Virus record (IMG/VR): IMGVR_UViG_3300046777_002716
Location: 37,898 to 101,897 of that record
Strand: one strand, 5' to 3'
Length of the DNA stretch: 64,000 nt
Source of the DNA: a virus
The notes below the pieces were generated by a model. It was not told the DNA's origin and ran no database searches. It saw only the letters and a program-made list of their open reading frames with translations. Made by a program: the position numbers and the translations under genes. This document shows positions 46,592 through 58,460 of this stretch, piece by piece; position 1 is the stretch's first letter, and every line of letters begins with the position of its first letter.

Positions 46592-49500
46592 TTATAAAGT
46601 CTTTTTAATAGGACCAATATCTCTCAATCCATAACCTCTTCTTTGAATAGTTGGGAAAGTAGATAACCCAGAGTTAACCATATATGAAGAAACTGCAATT
46701 GATATTGGAGAAGATGCTCTTGTAAATCCAGAAAGTCTACCCCAAGAGAACTTACCAACAGATAATCCTGTAGTTGCGATACCAACTATAGAAGACGAAG
46801 AATGAACATTACATGTAATAATACCAACACCTGCATTAAATGAATTAATAATGTAAATATTATCTAAGAATGTTGTTCCAACTCCAACTACATTGTTGTT
46901 ACTATTGTTAATAGAAATTACACCGTTTCCTACAGAAGTATTGAAAATATAAATTGGTTGACCAACTGTTAATCCGGTAAATGGTGATAGATTTGGATCT
47001 AATGTAAATTTTATAGCAAGTGATGTTCCAATTCCACTTGATGTTGTAATACCAGTAATATTACCAGAGAAACCTTCAACTACTTTTACATTAGAAATAT
47101 TTTCATATATTGGATTTGGTAATGGTACAATAATTTGAGGTGGATTTGATGTTGTGTATCCAAATCCAGGATTTGTTATTGTAACATTGGACAATGAACC
47201 ATTTAATATAGAGATAGATGCAGTTGCCGTTGTACCAATACCAACACCAATTGATGGTGGTGCAGAGATACTAACATTTATAGAAGTTCCAATATATCCA
47301 CTTCCACCATTATTAATTGTCAATGATTGTATTGTACCATTAGGGGCAACTGTTGAAGTAACAGAAGCGGAAACTGGGTCTGGAGAACCTGAGATAATAA
47401 GAGCATCAAACTCAATATTACCGGGTGAAATATTTTCATAATTAAAGAATTGTGCATCATCAACATAAATTTCTGTATCTGAGGTAGAAATATTTTTAAT
47501 TACTTTCGCAGTTGGATAAATTTGAGACTCTAAAGAATCTCTAGATTTGGACGTAATATTTCCATCAATAATCATGTCAACTTTTTGTTTTGTCCAACTC
47601 ATTGGTTTTGATATTACGGTATCAATACCTTGTAATGAATATAAATCGGTTTGAATTCTATCAGAAGCAGAAATATTAACTATTGTTCTAGAATTTTGTG
47701 TAGTAGTGATTCCAAGATAATTATTATTTTGATAGACTTGTACTTGATCACCTAGTTTCAATGATTCTGTTACATTAACAATGGAACTATCACCGGAACT
47801 TCCTCTATAGAAGAAAATTGCAATTTGATCTTCAGGTTTTGGTGGTGTTGTAAATGTAAATGATGTTCCACCATTAAATTGATAGGAAACTTTTGGTTGT
47901 TGAAGAATACCATTTACAAATATAAGAAGTAGTGAATCAAAATCAATTAATTGAGAGTCTGCATTTGATGAATCTTTTTCAAAACTTAGTAATTGTGAAT
48001 TATAATAAAGTGGGAATCTAGTTCTAATTCCATCTTGATAATTTTTAATAGAATCTATGTAATCTATTTGACCAAACTCCCAAGCGGAGAATGAATCAGT
48101 AAATGTATCAAGAACTGTAAGTTCAAAATCCGAAACTGTTGAGGATAGTCCATATGCAGTAACTAAACCAACAGGTTTAATAACATCACCTTTTTTAAAT
48201 CCATATCCAGGTCTGCTAATACTGAAGTTAGTAACTTCAAATAAAGTTGAACCAATACCTACAGTTGAACTTGCACCTACCTCAACGTTTATCAATAATC
48301 CAGAACCAGTATCAGTAGTTGCTCCAACACCAAGTCTAGAAACACCAATTACTGGTAGATTTTCATAATTTGGTGAGGAAATATTAATTGTTGGATTAAC
48401 ATATCCACTTCCACCATTAATTATGTTGAATGAGAGTGTTCCACCAGCACCTACATTCGCTGTTATACTAGCTGCACTACCAATATGACCACTTTCACTT
48501 ACATCCACTGATACTGGACTTCTATAACCAGAACCGTAATTTCCAGTAGTTCCTATACCAATTGAAGTTATAGATCCACCAGAAACAATTGCAGTAACTG
48601 AAGCACCAACTAAAGGAGCATAACCAAGTCCAGGTGTTGATCCAAGAGATACAATCAAACCTCCTCTTGGTAATTGATTCATGTTGACATCAGATTGTGA
48701 AATTACAATTGACCCATTAGAGGATGTAATACCAGAAAATACTATACTACTAATTCCAGATATCGTATCAACTTCAATAGAATAATTATTATCCGAATTA
48801 TTTTCAGTTGTTGGGGTTTGGAAAATTCCATTAATAAAGACTATACCATTTCCACCACTTGTTCCTAAACCTACTGTGTTGATTCCCAAAGTAGATAATG
48901 TATATTCTTGGTCAATTCCAGTAAATCTTTCGGATATATTATCATAAACTTTATTTGAACTATAATCATTTCTCAAGAATACTCTACCATTAAAATATGA
49001 TCTAGATTCTGGGAGGTTATCAAGATCTTCTAGAATTTGATCTTCAATAGATCCATTTGGTGGATCTGTAAAATGTATTTGACTACCTACAATATTGAAA
49101 GATCCACGATATAGTTTTACGGAAGAAGAATCATTATGTGCTGATTCTTTGGAACCGACAACTCCTCTTTCAACTTCAACTAATGGTAAAATTCCATTAA
49201 ATGTAATTGGTCCATTATTAGTAGTGCCCAATCCAACATTAACCACTTTCATATATTCTTCATCAATTCTGAGAATATCTCCAGGAATTATTGATGAAAT
49301 TCCACTTAAGGCAAATATGGTCATTCCCATGCCAATTTGTGATCCGTTATTAACTGTATAATCTAATAGAGAATAAGAAATTGGGTATTGTACAACATTA
49401 TCAATAGAAATAATAGATTTGCTATTTTTATCGCTCATTTCAAGTTGGTGAGCATTTCCTTCACCAATTGATGTAAATGTTACACATATTCCAGCCAATG

Positions 49501-52500
49501 CATATTCTTTTCTAGTTGAAAGTTTAAATTTATCATTATTGATTTTATACGCATAAACTGTGCTTGGTAATAAATTTGTAAGTATACCAACATGGTTCAG
49601 TGTTTGACCAATTCCAAGTGGTAGTGATCCAATTCCCAAGAAAGATGATGCTGGGCGATAAATTAGTTCTTCACCTGTACTGAAGAAGTGATTAATAATA
49701 TTAAATTCTCCAGTTTCTAAGTTTAAAACATCTGTATCAGATGGATCAAATGTCTTCATGAAGATTGGATTTCCCTGATAAGTAGCATCAAAACTGTAAA
49801 TATTGCGGAATCTACTATTAGCAGAGTAGTATTTTGCAGTCTTAACAGATTCGATAATATTTCCATACTCTAGATTGGGTGGGGTATTTACTGTATCGAG
49901 ATCAGAGAAAAACTTTTCACTAAAAGAGATAATTTCAAAAGTTCCAGAATATTCTGGATCAGGATAAAACTTGAGACTTGCAAGTGAACCAGAAATTTCG
50001 CTACCAAATGTACCAATACCAGAGGTACTTCCAATTGATAAGAATGGATATTGAATTACATATGAATTATTATTGTCACTAATCATCATTAATTGATGTA
50101 ATGCGCTAGTATTTCCTATGCTTACCTTCACCACAGACTTTACAGAAGTAAAATCGGAAATATCTAAAGATACTATGGTAGATGCTGAGGAAACATTGGA
50201 ATAATCAGAGACATAATTTACAGTTCTTTCAAAACCATCCAATTGACCTGGTTTTTTAAATCTGTAAACGTTATTTCCTAGTGATGTAGTATTAAATCCT
50301 ATATTTTTACTTCTAACAATAACATTGTTGTTAGAAGTATTTGTATAATTAAGATATAAAATACCATTAGAAATTGATGCCCCAAATGAACCAATAAAGT
50401 TGCTACTTAATTCTGAGTTGGAATCAAAATAGAATTCTGCAATATTGGTATCAACATCATCATGATTCAAGTAAATTTCTACATAATTCATTTCATTTGT
50501 GACAGTATCAATAATATGAATATGAGAATGTAATGATTTGCATGAATTTGCATCTTTTAAAATCAATGATGTTGTAACACCAGCATTAATAGAAGTATTT
50601 GATCCTGTAAAATCAACAAATCCTATTGATACCGTTCCAATTCCAGAAGAGAATGATAAGAAATTATTATCTAAAATTTTGATATTATAATCAACTTCTA
50701 ATGGTTCTACTGGATTCATCTTTAATGAAAGTGTACCAGTCTCACTAAAATATCCTACAACTTCTCCTATTGGATTTTCTGAGTTTGTAACAGTACCTTT
50801 TTCAAGAGTATAAACATTTTCATCATCATTAATAACGACCAACTCAGTAAATTGAACTTGAGTAAAATCATTATTTGTAATTTGTAGAAGATATCTATTA
50901 TATTTTGTTGAGGGAGAAATACTTAGTAAGTTAACAATATTTCCAGTACCAAAATCAGAACTAGAAAAACTTTCACTAATATCATCAATTTCAAGAACCC
51001 TATTAGTTCTAACTTCAACATAATCAGTTAATTTTTTACTGTTTAGTTTTAAGAACTTTGATGTATTATTAATAGTATCTACATCGGTTACAAGATCAAA
51101 ATTATTAATCGTATCAACTCTATTATAGTCTACAATATCATATAAAATGCTAGTATAATCTTCAACAGAAGTTGTACCAACACCGACATTTTCTGTAATG
51201 GTTGTATCTGCAAAATTTTTCAATCCACTTGGGTGAAGAATACTATTGACTGGAGTTACAATATTCTCCCATTCTTGATTAGATCTGACTGAATATGATA
51301 AATTTTGATAATAATCATTATCTGGTATTACTTGTGTATCTTCATCCAATTTACCAATATCATCAGACCAACCAAGAGATTTTTTAGAACTATAGTTTAT
51401 ATTAAATTGTCCTGTAGTTTTTTCTACATTATTAATAGTTGCTAAGGTTCCAGATTGTACACCTCTTATTATTTGTCCAATTAATGGTTCATAAGATCCT
51501 GTAACTTTAATAGAACTTTCATTATTTTTAACTACTTTAAGATCTTGAACATTATTATCAATGTATAAAAATTCACCATTAATAAATTGTGAATAATCTT
51601 GAGTTACTTCAAATTTTGGATAATTCTTATAATTTGTAATACTACCATAATATTCCTGAACTGTTTTTGCAATACCAATATTTGTAGTAATTCCAGAAAG
51701 ATTATATTCTAATTTTCTTTGAAGTAGGGTTCCACCATTCTCATAATTAGTAACATCAAAGAAGATATAACCATAATCTTCAGAATTGAATCCGTCACTA
51801 CTTTCTTGGTATTTTTGAACACCCTCAACATATATTTTGTCGCCGACTTCAAATGGTTCAATATCAAATCCATTTAGTGGAGTTACAAGATAACATGTAA
51901 CAATTCCAGATTGTGATGAAGTTATTGATTGAATACCAACACTATTTGAATTATTAATTGCTTTAATCTCAACAATTGAAGAAGGTATACCCTTTGGTGG
52001 TGTATCAATGCTTACAGAATTGATAGAAGTTCCTGAAATATTTGCAGTTAATTGTCCGGATTCTATAATAGTTCTAGTTTCACTATTAATAATAATTAAA
52101 TCTGGAGCAGATGTATAATTTTTTCCACCATCAATTACATTTACATTTGTAATTGTATTTGAGTCTTTAATTGTAAGTGTTGTTGGTATTTCTGCAGTAG
52201 GTCTTAAAGTTTTGTCAGAAGAATATTCAAATCCTTCATTCAAAATTCTTGTCTCTTGAATTTTACCAATATTATTAGATTTTGCAATTAGATATGCACC
52301 AAATCCACTTTCAGAGTCTATTCCTCTAAAAGTAGGAATTTTTTTAAATCCAATTCCAGGAGAAATAGTTCTTATTCTATCAATGCCACCATTTGCAGTT
52401 CTTGAATTAGTATAATATTCAATTAAATCGCAATTGGTGGAATTATATGAAGTATTTTCTGGTTTGCGTTGTAGTGATATATTAAATACAGTCTCACCAA

Positions 52501-55500
52501 CACCAGAAATATTATATGAACCATTGTAGACACTATCAACAAAATTAATTTGTGAATAATTTTGAACCTCTGTATCTGCAGTACTAATATAACCAGATTT
52601 TTCTAAAGCATAGAAAAGTGTTGATGGAATTTCATCATTATAATTTATAGTTAGTGATGCGTTAGTAGAAATACCAACAGTACCTACAGTAGAAATTGTA
52701 AATTGTGAGGTTGATCCTACAGAAATGAATTCATCGCTAAATTTATCATCATAGAAAATTTTAAAATTATATCCAGAAAGTGATGAATCAGTAAGATCAA
52801 ATACCAAACTATTATTTCTAATAGATTTAATTGGTGGATTTACCGCAGCAATTTTATGTGTTGCTACTGGAGATGAAGTTAAATTAATAATTAATGGAGA
52901 ATTTCTAATAGAATCTATAAGTGTTTCGCAAAGTTTAATTCTATTATCATCAACTTTATAAACATAGTATAGATTATTATTAAATAATCCGCCAATGACC
53001 GTACCATTTGATGAATATATGATTTTATCACCAGTAACTAGGTTGTGATTAGTTAATGTAATTTGATTTGAGGTAGTATCAATTTCGGAAGAAGTAAATG
53101 TAATTGGATTGATTACTAATTTATCAGTTAAAGAATTGTATTGAACAGTAACTGAACTTGATGTACCAACTCCTACAGAGAGACCTGGTTTTACATTTAG
53201 TGTAATGCTGTCCCCAGAAGTCAATCCATGACTTGTAGAAATTGAAACTGTAGTAATAATACTATCAATATTTGCTTTAATCTGACCATAATCAGTTTCA
53301 AATGAATAAAAGTAATCATCACTACCATTATTTCTAAAGAATAAACCATCTGTTGTGGTGGTTAATCCAACCTGTGTTACAATACCAATATAATCATTAG
53401 ATTTTTTGATAACGTAGACTTTTTGAGTATTACCAGTAAAAGGTATATTAAATGCTGAACTTGTTTCTGTATTTGCAACAGAAATTGCAGAAGAAGTTGA
53501 TAACTTACTTAATGTAACTTCTTGGTTTGTTTTGAAAGGATGTCCAGGCAAATAAATTGATTGTGTTGGAATAGAAATATTTTTGTTATAAGTTCCTATC
53601 TTATATACAGTACCTATACCAATACCTGCAGTTACTCCAACTCCAATAGATTGTTTTGGATTGAAATATACAACATCATTTACTTTTGATTCAAAATACT
53701 GTGATGATTTATCAATAGTAAATGAATTTGGTAAGTAATTTACAGATGTTGTTGCAGTGTGAGCAGTACCAGTTGTTTCTCTCACAACTCTCAATACATT
53801 TTCATTACCATAAATGTTTATTACTGATAGAGTTTCATTTTCTATTCTAATAGAACTTCCTATTGAAATATTCTCCGGAATTGTTGAGACATAAATGTCT
53901 GTTACTATTCCAGAAACAGCATATGATGGAACATTATTGATTAAAGATGTGTTAAATGTAGTTACTCCAATCCTAGAAAATCCATTAATATCATTCAATG
54001 ATGTTGAAACACCAGATACATTAACATAATCTCCATTAATAAGAGAATGGTATTCTGAGGTATATACTTTTATTTGATTTGAATTTTCCCAAGTAAGTAC
54101 AGTATCACTATAATTTAAAATAGATGTTTCTATACTATCAATTTCTTTACCAATAATACTTGAAACTTCTGCAAATAACCCAGATCCATCAGTACCTTCT
54201 TCATCAAAAATTAATCTGTCACCGATTTTATATTCATCACCACTATCAATAATATCAAAATCTTCTACAAAACCAGAAGAAACTGACTCTACGACAGTTA
54301 TTTGATCTATAACTTCGTTTGATTCTATTATAAAGTCATTTCCAGCAAATTGCTCATTTACATTGTATGGAAGTGTATTTCTAACAAGATTTGAATTATT
54401 AAAATCAAAAGATTGATCTAAAGATACATTTTCTAAAATAAATTTAGATCTATATTTTTCTCCAATAAAATATGGGAATTCACCTACAAGATTACCAAAT
54501 AAATCCTCTACAGAAGTTGCAAAATATGCATAGACACCATTTGGAAACTCTGGAGTAACACAATATCTTCCATTATATTCGTCTAGATCACCAGAATTTG
54601 TAAATTTATAATCTTCTATAAAAGATCCAATACTAAATTCTGAAGGTCTATTCTCAATATTTGAAATATTTTTAGTATATCCAGAAACTAGTCTCTTAAT
54701 AGGTGAATTATTATCTTGAGGATTTGAATATCCATATGATCCATAAATTGGATTTCCATCATAAGACCACCCAATAATTGGTGAATGTATTCCTGCAATA
54801 TCACCAAACTTTTCTTGAATATTTTGTGAATATCCAGAAACTGTATACTGTAGATTATTAAGTGATGAAATAATTAATTCATTTGCGGTTGATCTAATAT
54901 CACCCTCTTCACCATAAAATACATTTTTGTTTATAGTAATTTTTCTAACTTGTGGATCAAAAATAGAATTTTTACCAGCTGGTTCTACAAGAATTGTAGT
55001 ATTTGATGGATCATATCCAACACCAGAATTTATAATTGCAATATCAACAAGTTTATTGTTAACAATAATAGGTTTAATTAATGCACCAATTCCACTACCG
55101 ATTACTTTAATTTCTGGTGTAGAATAGTACTCAGATCCACTATACTGAATATTAATATCTGTAATTTGCCCATTTATGATTATTGGTTTTAATTGGGCAT
55201 TTTTACCATTTTTAACTATTATTTGTGGTTTTTTATGAACATTAATGTTTGTTGATCCATAATCAGATCCATTTTCATAAACATAGATACCCACAATTTG
55301 ACCCTTAACAATTGGTGTTGCATTAATAGTTCCAATTGCTTGAGTACTTCCAATTCCAGCAGCACTATACTGTACGTTTAGAGAAATTTCTGGATAATTA
55401 AAAATTTGATAACCAGATCCAGTGGTACTAAATTTTACATATTTTTTTCTTTGATAATTGTCAATATATGTTCCACCTATACCAGCATCAGCGAGTCTAA

Positions 55501-58456
55501 AAGTATTATCATCTACTTTTAATACATGGTATTGGTTTGTTGTAGATAATCCAGAAATAGATGCAGTTTCATAAGAATATGTTACTAATTCTCCATCATT
55601 AAAACCATGATTTTCGAAAGAAATTGTATTACTGATAGTGGATATACCAGTTGGTTTTACTATTAGTTTTCTGTTTTCATACCCTTCACCAGAATTAATT
55701 ACTTTAATTTCTGTTAAAGTTTTCTTTGGTTCAGTTTTAAACTTATGAATTCCAGAAGTTGAAGTAGTAGTAAATCCTACAGTATTAATTCCAGTTCTAT
55801 AATCTGATAGTCTTTGATATAATTGTATTGTAGTGTCACTAATATATTTTGCATAGTATGTTGCACCATTCTTTAGAGTTAACCCAGTATCACCATTTAA
55901 AGATCCAAAAGTACCAATCCCAATAGGATTATTGTTAACTGGATCATAAATGATAGATTGACCATCAATTAAACCATGGGGAGTAGGGAATGTAATTGTT
56001 TCCGAAGTAACATCTATACCTCCACCAAATTGAATTTGTCTTGCATCAAATTCAATTTCTCTTCTTCTTAGTTCAATTATTGGTTCAAAGGATGCACCTT
56101 TACCATTTCCACCATTGAAATCAACAGAAACTAAAACATCAATATCAAATTCTTGTGGTTCAACATAAATTTTATCAACAGATCCTCTAACAATAGGTTG
56201 TAGTAAGGCATTTCCTGAAGATGGTACAATTAAAGGAGGATTGATTACATCATAACCATTTCCACCATTTAATACATTAACAGATTCTAGTGGTCCATAG
56301 TAAATGTTATCATTAGTCTTATATCCACTAATTTCAACACCATTGATAAGCATACCAACGGAACCAACAGGTGTAGGATCAGATTCACCATCACCAATGT
56401 TTGTATTCAATGGGAACTTTCTAAGAATTTTTTGTGCGGATATTAAGTTTTCTTTTTGATTATTGAGTGTAAATCTATGAGAACCTGATGGGAATGAACT
56501 AAATTTAATATAGTTATTGGTACCAATAAATGATTTTGAAGTATATAATCTTATCTGCCTTTTATCATTAATTACTTCAACATAGTAAATTCCTTCGGAT
56601 AAATTTGAAATTGGTTGATCTGAATAAGAGTAATAAATTTCAGATCCACTAAAGAATGATACCTTATTGATAAAATTAATAATAGAGTATAGTCCAGTAT
56701 CTTGATCTAATCCTGAAATTCCAGATGCTAGATATGTGAAAATATTTTTTTCAATTTCATATGATGGTAATGAATTTGATGCAACATACATGTAATCATC
56801 ATTTTCATTATAAACATTCTGAACATCAGACTTTAAATTATCAAATTCTAAAGGAACAATAGAACTGGAAGCAAAGTTTACTTTTCTTCTAATATCATAA
56901 TTAAATGAAGAATTTAAAGTGAATGTACCATTTGTACTGATTTGCTTATCGTTAATCTCAGTAACAACAAGGTTAGACGCAATAACGATCTCACTATTTC
57001 TATTCAATACCTCAATGATGTCACCAACTTTAAGACTTGATTTGTCAATATCAGTTTTTAAAGTTACCTGAGATATTAAACCAGAATCAAAATAGTCAAT
57101 TTGATATCTTGAACTAGTATTATAAATCCAACTATTAGCAAATATTTCTTTACGAGTTTTATTAATTTCTGGATTTTTTATTACTTCACCAAGATTTTTA
57201 ATAGTAATTTCTTCACCAATATCTGATGATGAAGATTGACTAATTAATTTAAAATCTGATAGAACACCAGTTATTCTTAATTCTACTTTCTTGGATACAT
57301 CTCCATTTTCATATCCATAATATGTTTCGTCAGATCTAATAATATCAGTAGTATTGATTTGCTCAGTAATTCCAGAGCAACCAAAAAATTGATCAATACT
57401 CTTACTAGTGTAAGAAATAATATTGTTTCCAGAATACAAAATACCAGATTCTGGGAATCCAATTGTAGAATCTACAGTTATCACCTCAGATCCTTCAAAA
57501 ACTGTTTCTAGTGCTTTTGTACTACCAGTTATATTGAAAGTTCCTGTAATTGTTGGGAAAGAATCATTATATCCAACAAATAGTAAAAGTTTATAATATG
57601 TTTTATTTTTTCTTCGGATTATTTCTACCTCAGAAACTGAGGCACTAGTATTTTCGTCAGTACTTTTTTTTATTGTTTGACCAGAAAGAAGGAGTGGATC
57701 TCCAGAAATTTTTTCTGCAACAACAATTTCTCTTCTAATAAAAGATGCTGATGAAGGCTTGATTAGAAACTTTTCTAAATCAATTACCTTAGGTGTTTCT
57801 CCAAAAAGAACATTAAAAAGAATTCTGAAAGATTCTTCAGTACCTTTTGATTGGTAAAGTGTCTTTGCTTCTTTAATAAAATTTCCTACGTTTAGTTCTG
57901 GAACAAAATCAGAATTTTCTAAACCAGGAGTAAGTGTATATTTTAATTTTTTATAAAATTCCTTTAAAAATAGGGAACTAAGATTCTCTACAGTTGAACC
58001 ACTGTTATGGGAATCCGCAGAAGATTGTGAGAATACTAATTCTTCATAATTTAATTCCTGATGGTAATTTGTTACACCACTAAATCCACGAATACAACCA
58101 GTAAATGAATTGGTAGTAATTCCAGTATATGTAATTATTTCATCATCAATTTTAAGTAGACCGTAAGAACTTGGAAATCCTTTTGTACTTTCAACAACTA
58201 TAGTTGAGGAACTTTGGTCAATATTAGAAGAAAGTGTGGTTGATCCTACAATAACTTCTGGTGTTAGGTTATCAAGTTTTAAATACTGATCTAAATTTTC
58301 ACCAAGGTCAGATGATCCACCCTGATATTCCTGAGAAATATAGTACTGTCTTAAAAATTCGACAGCTTTTGGACTTTCATCTAAGATAAATTCTGGTAAT
58401 TGATTATCAATTATTTGCTGAACCTTTACCCTAGATTCAAAACCATTTTGTACCAT
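46592..58456 (-). CDS. gp7: Baseplate wedge initiator gp7-like protein (3954 aa)
   Basis: QLPEFI, YQSKGT.ESF.ILF, HSPIIGW.YDGNPIYG, DLDEYNGRYCVTPEFPNG.YAYF, DNDYYQNLSYS, HPSG; between gp6 and gp8. Confidence 0.88.
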   Translation of the reverse strand: MVQNGFESRVKVQQIIDNQLPEFILDESPKAVEFLRQYYISQEYQGGSSDLGENLDQYLKLDNLTPEVIVGSTTLSSNIDQSSSTIVVESTKGFPSSYGLLKIDDEIITYTGITTNSFTGCIRGFSGVTNYHQELNYEELVFSQSSADSHNSGSTVENLSSLFLKEFYKKLKYTLTPGLENSDFVPELNVGNFIKEAKTLYQSKGTEESFRILFNVLFGETPKVIDLEKFLIKPSSASFIRREIVVAEKISGDPLLLSGQTIKKSTDENTSASVSEVEIIRRKNKTYYKLLLFVGYNDSFPTITGTFNITGSTKALETVFEGSEVITVDSTIGFPESGILYSGNNIISYTSKSIDQFFGCSGITEQINTTDIIRSDETYYGYENGDVSKKVELRITGVLSDFKLISQSSSSDIGEEITIKNLGEVIKNPEINKTRKEIFANSWIYNTSSRYQIDYFDSGLISQVTLKTDIDKSSLKVGDIIEVLNRNSEIVIASNLVVTEINDKQISTNGTFTLNSSFNYDIRRKVNFASSSIVPLEFDNLKSDVQNVYNENDDYMYVASNSLPSYEIEKNIFTYLASGISGLDQDTGLYSIINFINKVSFFSGSEIYYSYSDQPISNLSEGIYYVEVINDKRQIRLYTSKSFIGTNNYIKFSSFPSGSHRFTLNNQKENLISAQKILRKFPLNTNIGDGESDPTPVGSVGMLINGVEISGYKTNDNIYYGPLESVNVLNGGNGYDVINPPLIVPSSGNALLQPIVRGSVDKIYVEPQEFDIDVLVSVDFNGGNGKGASFEPIIELRRREIEFDARQIQFGGGIDVTSETITFPTPHGLIDGQSIIYDPVNNNPIGIGTFGSLNGDTGLTLKNGATYYAKYISDTTIQLYQRLSDYRTGINTVGFTTTSTSGIHKFKTEPKKTLTEIKVINSGEGYENRKLIVKPTGISTISNTISFENHGFNDGELVTYSYETASISGLSTTNQYHVLKVDDNTFRLADAGIGGTYIDNYQRKKYVKFSTTGSGYQIFNYPEISLNVQYSAAGIGSTQAIGTINATPIVKGQIVGIYVYENGSDYGSTNINVHKKPQIIVKNGKNAQLKPIIINGQITDINIQYSGSEYYSTPEIKVIGSGIGALIKPIIVNNKLVDIAIINSGVGYDPSNTTILVEPAGKNSIFDPQVRKITINKNVFYGEEGDIRSTANELIISSLNNLQYTVSGYSQNIQEKFGDIAGIHSPIIGWSYDGNPIYGSYGYSNPQDNNSPIKRLVSGYTKNISNIENRPSEFSIGSFIEDYKFTNSGDLDEYNGRYCVTPEFPNGVYAYFATSVEDLFGNLVGEFPYFIGEKYRSKFILENVSLDQSFDFNNSNLVRNTLPYNVNEQFAGNDFIIESNEVIDQITVVESVSSGFVEDFDIIDSGDEYKIGDRLIFDEEGTDGSGLFAEVSSIIGKEIDSIETSILNYSDTVLTWENSNQIKVYTSEYHSLINGDYVNVSGVSTSLNDINGFSRIGVTTFNTSLINNVPSYAVSGIVTDIYVSTIPENISIGSSIRIENETLSVINIYGNENVLRVVRETTGTAHTATTSVNYLPNSFTIDKSSQYFESKVNDVVYFNPKQSIGVGVTAGIGIGTVYKIGTYNKNISIPTQSIYLPGHPFKTNQEVTLSKLSTSSAISVANTETSSAFNIPFTGNTQKVYVIKKSNDYIGIVTQVGLTTTTDGLFFRNNGSDDYFYSFETDYGQIKANIDSIITTVSISTSHGLTSGDSITLNVKPGLSVGVGTSSSVTVQYNSLTDKLVINPITFTSSEIDTTSNQITLTNHNLVTGDKIIYSSNGTVIGGLFNNNLYYVYKVDDNRIKLCETLIDSIRNSPLIINLTSSPVATHKIAAVNPPIKSIRNNSLVFDLTDSSLSGYNFKIFYDDKFSDEFISVGSTSQFTISTVGTVGISTNASLTINYNDEIPSTLFYALEKSGYISTADTEVQNYSQINFVDSVYNGSYNISGVGETVFNISLQRKPENTSYNSTNCDLIEYYTNSRTANGGIDRIRTISPGIGFKKIPTFRGIDSESGFGAYLIAKSNNIGKIQETRILNEGFEYSSDKTLRPTAEIPTTLTIKDSNTITNVNVIDGGKNYTSAPDLIIINSETRTIIESGQLTANISGTSINSVSIDTPPKGIPSSIVEIKAINNSNSVGIQSITSSQSGIVTCYLVTPLNGFDIEPFEVGDKIYVEGVQKYQESSDGFNSEDYGYIFFDVTNYENGGTLLQRKLEYNLSGITTNIGIAKTVQEYYGSITNYKNYPKFEVTQDYSQFINGEFLYIDNNVQDLKVVKNNESSIKVTGSYEPLIGQIIRGVQSGTLATINNVEKTTGQFNINYSSKKSLGWSDDIGKLDEDTQVIPDNDYYQNLSYSVRSNQEWENIVTPVNSILHPSGLKNFADTTITENVGVGTTSVEDYTSILYDIVDYNRVDTINNFDLVTDVDTINNTSKFLKLNSKKLTDYVEVRTNRVLEIDDISESFSSSDFGTGNIVNLLSISPSTKYNRYLLQITNNDFTQVQFTELVVINDDENVYTLEKGTVTNSENPIGEVVGYFSETGTLSLKMNPVEPLEVDYNIKILDNNFLSFSSGIGTVSIGFVDFTGSNTSINAGVTTSLILKDANSCKSLHSHIHIIDTVTNEMNYVEIYLNHDDVDTNIAEFYFDSNSELSSNFIGSFGASISNGILYLNYTNTSNNNVIVRSKNIGFNTTSLGNNVYRFKKPGQLDGFERTVNYVSDYSNVSSASTIVSLDISDFTSVKSVVKVSIGNTSALHQLMMISDNNNSYVIQYPFLSIGSTSGIGTFGSEISGSLASLKFYPDPEYSGTFEIISFSEKFFSDLDTVNTPPNLEYGNIIESVKTAKYYSANSRFRNIYSFDATYQGNPIFMKTFDPSDTDVLNLETGEFNIINHFFSTGEELIYRPASSFLGIGSLPLGIGQTLNHVGILTNLLPSTVYAYKINNDKFKLSTRKEYALAGICVTFTSIGEGNAHQLEMSDKNSKSIISIDNVVQYPISYSLLDYTVNNGSQIGMGMTIFALSGISSIIPGDILRIDEEYMKVVNVGLGTTNNGPITFNGILPLVEVERGVVGSKESAHNDSSSVKLYRGSFNIVGSQIHFTDPPNGSIEDQILEDLDNLPESRSYFNGRVFLRNDYSSNKVYDNISERFTGIDQEYTLSTLGINTVGLGTSGGNGIVFINGIFQTPTTENNSDNNYSIEVDTISGISSIVFSGITSSNGSIVISQSDVNMNQLPRGGLIVSLGSTPGLGYAPLVGASVTAIVSGGSITSIGIGTTGNYGSGYRSPVSVDVSESGHIGSAASITANVGAGGTLSFNIINGGSGYVNPTINISSPNYENLPVIGVSRLGVGATTDTGSGLLINVEVGASSTVGIGSTLFEVTNFSISRPGYGFKKGDVIKPVGLVTAYGLSSTVSDFELTVLDTFTDSFSAWEFGQIDYIDSIKNYQDGIRTRFPLYYNSQLLSFEKDSSNADSQLIDFDSLLLIFVNGILQQPKVSYQFNGGTSFTFTTPPKPEDQIAIFFYRGSSGDSSIVNVTESLKLGDQVQVYQNNNYLGITTTQNSRTIVNISASDRIQTDLYSLQGIDTVISKPMSWTKQKVDMIIDGNITSKSRDSLESQIYPTAKVIKNISTSDTEIYVDDAQFFNYENISPGNIEFDALIISGSPDPVSASVTSTVAPNGTIQSLTINNGGSGYIGTSINVSISAPPSIGVGIGTTATASISILNGSLSNVTITNPGFGYTTSNPPQIIVPLPNPIYENISNVKVVEGFSGNITGITTSSGIGTSLAIKFTLDPNLSPFTGLTVGQPIYIFNTSVGNGVISINNSNNNVVGVGTTFLDNIYIINSFNAGVGIITCNVHSSSSIVGIATTGLSVGKFSWGRLSGFTRASSPISIAVSSYMVNSGLSTFPTIQRRGYGLRDIGPIKKTL

Positions 58457-58460
58457 ATTA

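Noticed and set aside
46558-46617. N-terminal extension of gp8 in the ORF track
   Set aside because: Overlaps the gp7 end and contains the TATAAATA late promoter; ATG at 46557 is more plausible
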